Positions 59,164 through 64,000 of a stretch of 64,000 nt of DNA are shown one piece after another. The DNA comes from an uncultured virus (IMG/VR IMGVR_UViG_3300037067_004188) (lineage: Duplodnaviria > Heunggongvirae > Uroviricota > Caudoviricetes), in IMG/VR virus record IMGVR_UViG_3300037067_004188. One strand, written 5' to 3'. The notes below the pieces were generated by a model. It ran no database searches, had not been told where the DNA came from, and saw only the letters and a list, made by a program, of their open reading frames with translations. Within the stretch, counting starts at the first letter, position 1, and each line of letters opens with the position of its first letter. The translations under genes and the position numbers were made by a program.

Positions 59164-59319
59164 TAACCCTATATGTAGGGTAATCTAATATAATGATATG
59201 CATAATGCCAAAAAATAACCCTGTATGTAGGGTTATGATACTTTTTGACCCTTTTTCTATATCACGTAAAACCTTGAAAACAAACACTCTATAACCCCAT
59301 AACCCTATATGTAGGGTAT
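59164..59319. repeat. Three ~20-bp palindromic sites TAACCCTRTATGTAGGGT, cassette 3
   Basis: Copies at 59164, 59216 and 59300. Confidence 0.85.
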
Positions 59320-59393
59320 ACTATATACCCCACAACGCCTTGCGATACTTATTGTCCCATCCTTTCTCCATCTTTAACCTCCTTAAAATAAAC

Positions 59394-59576
59394 CTATTGA
59401 GGAAAATCTTTACTTTTTTCCCTTGTCCAACCCTTGTCCACCTTCTCAAGATACTCGTCTATAAGCCTACGAACCAACTCGCCTATACTCTTACCCGTTT
59501 CCTTGCTTATCTCACGCAACCTCTTTATATCACGCTCTGGTATGTATACCTGCGTCCTGTGCATCAAATTTATCAC
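59394..59576 (-). CDS. Ribbon-helix-helix (CopG-like) DNA-binding protein
   Basis: MHRTQVYI....KRL..ISKETGKSIGELVRRLIDEYL. Confidence 0.85.
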   Translation of the reverse strand: MINLMHRTQVYIPERDIKRLREISKETGKSIGELVRRLIDEYLEKVDKGWTREKSKDFPQ

Positions 59577-60002
59577 CTACTTATTATTAACTAAATCTTC
59601 CGAAATGCCTAACGACTCATTAAAAATATCAAGATTACCCAAATACTTCTCATATTCCCTCTGCGTCTCCTCTATAAGATGTCGGGTTATCTCATGAGCC
59701 TCTACAATACGAGACTTATCAAGAAATATGTCCAATAAATCAGAATGAAAATCAATACTTTTTTCTATCCATGTGTATTGTCGAAGATACAACCTGAGCA
59801 GTTCAGCCCTTTTCCACCCATGAACTAATCTAATACATAAGGTATCACAGGTAAAGTATAAAACTATATCCGAATACTTAGTTATACCATAACCAAATCC
59901 AGCATTAGTATTCCTGATTAGCTGATTACCCAACTTGACCAGATCACACCCAAAACTACTCGATAGGAATATGCGCTTTTCATCATCTGTTAGCTGTTCC
60001 AT
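59577..60002 (-). CDS. Hypothetical protein
   Basis: GGAGGTG SD, promoter upstream. Confidence 0.55.
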   Translation of the reverse strand: MEQLTDDEKRIFLSSSFGCDLVKLGNQLIRNTNAGFGYGITKYSDIVLYFTCDTLCIRLVHGWKRAELLRLYLRQYTWIEKSIDFHSDLLDIFLDKSRIVEAHEITRHLIEETQREYEKYLGNLDIFNESLGISEDLVNNK

Positions 60003-60020
60003 AATATCACCTCCATAATA

Positions 60021-60050
60021 ATTATACCACTATCCAATGTATATTGTCAA
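60021..60050 (-). promoter_or_regulatory. Sigma70-like promoter
   Basis: TTGACA-18-TATAAT with extended -10 TG. Confidence 0.65.
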
Positions 60051-60413
60051 GCGACTTCTTTGTTGCCAACCTGTAATATGATAGCCTAATTTCTCATTTT
60101 TTATGCGGAGGTGTTCATTAATTACAATCACAACAAGGCGGTGGCATGGGGGTCTGCCCCTCCCGTGTGGAATGTGTGTATGCATAGTCGTGTGCATGTG
60201 CGAATCCTTATATGTAAGGTAGGAATTCAGGCATAGGCAAGGCAAGTCTGGTCATATTTCTATCTATGGGCAGGCATAAGTCAACATATTTAAGGCACAA
60301 AACAGGCATAAACACTAATATCCATGCTTATTTGCTCTGCTCTGCATAACTATCATTATGTGGCATTGCGTTATCCTGTCCGCTTCTGGCTCTCTCAGGC
60401 TGAAAATAAATAC

Positions 60414-60442
60414 TTGACAAAAACTTAATATGGGTTTATACT
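60414..60442 (+). promoter_or_regulatory. Strong sigma70-like early promoter
   Basis: TTGACA-17-TATACT with A-rich upstream sequence. Confidence 0.75.
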
Positions 60443-60717
60443 GGTTAATAGTGCAAGGGAGCAGACACGGACAAGCTGGATCAGTAGACACACTCACTCA
60501 CACAGAAGGAGATAAGGGAATGAATAGCATGTATGATTATCAAGGTTATGAGGCTTTATTAGTGTGGTTAATGAGTATAGGGATAAATGACTGGTTAGAA
60601 ATAGTATCTCTCATAGGAGGAGAGGTAGAAGTAGCGGAGTCATGTTTCAGATTGAAAATAAGCGGGTGCAATTCCCGCTCTCACAACAGGTATACTTGCT
60701 AATAAGGAGATTTAATC

Positions 60718-63700
60718 ATGATATTAATAATGGTTCTATTAGTGATAGTTCCGGTGTTTTTAAATGCTTTTGGTAATAGACGACATGATAGGCTTATAAG
60801 AGTCTTGCGTCATGAGTGTATCGAGTCATGGCGTACCTCTCACAAGTTTGGTTACAAGATTTATGAGAGTTATAACTTGTCAGTAATCTATACCAGATAA
60901 GGAGTTTACGACATGGAATTAAAAACAAAATGGGTTTGTCCGGGTTGTAAGAAAAGGAATGTTTTAATCTCGTCTCTTGATAAGTTGGGAATCCCAACGG
61001 TCAAGAGCGGGTCAAAGTGTATTTGTGGAGTGGATCGTTATTCAGACAGATATTATCAGCTTAAATTAAAGTCAGCGAAGTAGTAATTAGGGTTGAATCT
61101 CTACCATGTCTATCAAAATAGTAGAGATTGATTAAGGGGGTTTATCATGTATATATCGAAGTCACTTAGGGACGCATTTAGCGAAAAGATAGATGCTATT
61201 AATGAATTGATGAGTCATACAGTAATGAAAATAGTAATGAAGATAGAAAATAATCCAGAAAACAGCGATCAGTTTCGTATTGCTCTAGCTGGTGGTGTGT
61301 CTGAATGGATCAGTAGATCAGAGTTAGAGGACAGGACAGACAATATTTTGTTAGCATTGAGAAATGGGACAATCGAGTTATAACAATCATAGTGCTGGCT
61401 ATCACGTTAAACTGGCTGGAGGTAATCATGGCAAAAGTAAAGTATTTATCAGTCAAACATCCAGAGGCAATAAAGTTGCACGATTGCCCATCATTTAGTG
61501 CGACAGGAAGCATTAAGGGCATGAAAGATAAGTTTTATGGTAGAGATGCCCTTCTGGTAAGGTCAGGGAGTTACATTTATAATGTCAGTGGTTGTCCTGA
61601 GTTATACGAATTAGCACATTAGTTCTAATATCCTGAGCAAGATGTAAAAAGGCTTAGGGGATAAAATGATCAAAGCATCTGAACTTAGAAAAAACATTGA
61701 TTTCAAAGTGTTGGCAAGAAAAGACGGTCAGTTACTTATGGATAACTATAAAGATGAAGAAGCGCAGTTATGGCAGATCAACAGGAAAAGATCGACTGGT
61801 GTTCTTGAATATGGGAATACATCTTATGAGTTTATCAGACATGCCCTAAAAGAAGATTTTGAGTTTTTTGGCGTTCTTGATATGAGACCTTTAAGGGCAT
61901 AGTGTGACGGCGCAGTAATGCGCCTGTGCGGTATAGGCAATAACGCCCTAGTCCGACTGTAAACACAAACAAGGAGTTAAGACAATGGGAAACACAAAGC
62001 TAAATCAAGTTAGTATTGGGAATTATGGCAATTACTCAAGTGACAATTACGGTTCAAGTCGTTACGTCACAATCGGCAGTCTAACGTTATATTTTTCATA
62101 TAAGACGGTGATTGCATTTGAGAATATAAGCGGTTTAACTATATGCCAAAATGACTGGGGAACTACGACAGGCAAGCACTTAAACTCAATAAGTACAGAC
62201 AAATCAAAGCGTATTCCCTATGCACAGTTTAAGGAATTGCTAGACAAGGTGTTAGAGATTCACGGCTTAGCCATATAAGACGAAACCCGCTCCGGCGGGT
62301 CGGCTGTTAATTGACAGTCTTGATAAGTCTGAATCAACGGAGGTGTAACATGATAGTTAAAGATTTGCAGAATTTACTTGAAAACAAGCCTGATGATATG
62401 GTTATCAAATTACTTTCATGGACTAACGATCATGATCCAGAATATAAATTTATTGATCCTGACATTTCAACACAGCTTGTATCTTTAGACATGGACACTG
62501 TAACGTCAGATAAAGACCACGCTGATCCAGAATTTGACGATTTGTATTCAGATGAGCAAGAAGTTTTATTAATAGCATAACGGAGGTGTGCAATGTTTGT
62601 TTTATGGCTAAATGCAAGCGGGCATAAGGCAAAGGATATACCAGAGCTACGGCAGACCTTATTAAGTCTGAGCAGTCAGATATTTGAGAAGTGCGTAAAA
62701 TCCTACATAACCGTTGAGCAGTCTGATGGTTACGTTGGTGAGCATATCTTTGACACTAAAGCTGTTCGGAACATGGTGCATACTATTTCAAAGATAGATT
62801 CAGACATGGCGACTATTGCGGAATGTGCTGAGTTATGCAATCAGTTTGCGATACTGAGAGCAAACAATAAGGAGGAATCCAGGCAATGTTAGACAAAAAA
62901 AATTTCATTAAAAAGGTAAATGATTTGGGTTCCCTTATAGGTTTTTCGGTTGAGGACACATCAATAGAAAACTACATAAATTCTGCTATTCTAAGAAATA
63001 AAGGTACAAGACAGGAGATTCACGTTTTTAACGGTCATTATGGCAAGGAAAACAAAATCTCTATACAGGGTGAATTATCAGGAATAAAGATAAATGAGTT
63101 ACTACCGTGTATCCACATAGCCGAAACAAAAACAGCAGAGCAGATCAAGAAAGACATTGATCGTCATTTAATGCCAAGCTACATGCTTATATTAAAGAAG
63201 GCTTTAGCGGATCAGCGAAAGGTTAGCGAATGAACGGACTAAATGAATCACTAAGAGCATGTCAAACTAATCCTTCTGAATCTAACCTTGACGTTCTTGA
63301 TGGGTTATTAAAGTCAGGGCATGGGTTACGGATAACGTATAAACCAGAGCAAATGAAATATCTGGACAAGCGAAACAGTGATCGCAATTCGATTCGTAAT
63401 TATTCAGGGATTAGCAAGACAAAGAGCGTCTTTTGGCTGTGTTATTGTACAGGAATGTTTTTAGAATATCGGATGATGGTTGATATTCAAGCGATAAAGG
63501 ATATAAAATAACAGAGGTGCAATGATGACCGAAGAGACGAAACGTTTAATCAAAGAGAATGTTGAGGTATTCAAGCTAGAGGAGTTTATAAGTGTGTGCG
63601 CGTGGTGTGGCAAATGGCGTTCAGGTGATAATTGGTTCAATGCGCCTATTCCAAAAGGTAAGAGATCGCATGGGATATGTCCAGATTGTTATAAGAAATT

Positions 63701-63940
63701 CAATGCTGGCGTTCCTTATGATGAGGTGACAAAAACATGGCTAAAGTAATTTTCAATGTTGGAGATCAAGTTTATGTTGTTTCTATTGGTATGACGGCGA
63801 TCGTACTGTCAAGGGCAGGCGATCAATACAGGATTAAGCGTGCAGATGGTAAGTTTGACTATGTGATGTCTAACGGTCTGGTGAGGTGTAAAAATGAATC
63901 ACAGACACAGAAAATCAACGAGGAGGCAGCGCAGGCGTAA
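60718..63940 (+). other. Early-gene-like region of short hypothetical ORFs (60718, 61147, 61428, 61666, 61985, 62350, 62593, 62886, 63230, 63522, 63737)
   Basis: Tandem 60-115 aa ORFs, mostly with strong SD sequences, downstream of a consensus promoter. Confidence 0.65.
62278..62330 (+). ncRNA. Type II hammerhead ribozyme with U3:A8 variant core
   Basis: AGAC-GAAA-CCCGC(TCCG)GCGGG-TC^-GGCTGT(TAATTG)ACAGTC-TTGATAA-GTCT; predicted cleavage after C62301. Confidence 0.8.
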
Positions 63941-64000
63941 GGTCAGGCGTTCCCTTCCCCTTATGCTTGCATGGGTAACAATCTTTATAGAGTGCTGGAA

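Noticed and set aside
60560..60690. GCGGGTGCAATTCCCGC hairpin as part of a cobalamin riboswitch or tRNA
   Set aside because: Only a T-loop-like hairpin; other conserved elements not found
62311..62349. TTG start for ORF 62311..62580 (similarly GTG at 61392)
   Set aside because: Overlaps structured RNA; better SD-linked ATGs exist at 62350 and 61428

Overview
The window is most of a tailed dsDNA phage genome with podovirus-like organisation; no integrase, lysin, CRISPR array or reverse transcriptase was recognised. The minus strand (about 51.2 kb down to 1) carries terminase, portal, scaffold, major capsid, a ~16 kb glycosylation/methylation/radical-SAM cluster, adaptor/nozzle, tail fibres, holin-like genes and a 2491-aa ParB/LPD38 polyvalent protein. 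The plus strand from 51.4 kb carries a lambda-O-like initiator with four internal 19-bp iterons, DnaB and an HNH gene. A DNA methyltransferase and a Thg1-like gene follow on the minus strand, then small early genes interspersed with structured RNAs, including a U3:A8 variant hammerhead ribozyme. The most unusual signal is three stand-alone mini-initiator cassettes (9.3-9.9, 18.6-19.2 and 58.7-59.3 kb). Each encodes only a winged-helix domain, is followed by its own array of palindromic sites, and is preceded by a leader fold with the same architecture as the one before the real initiator. In the two close paralogues all four sites changed together with the predicted recognition helix while the spacers stayed conserved. 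Family assignments come from motif recognition by eye, not database searches.
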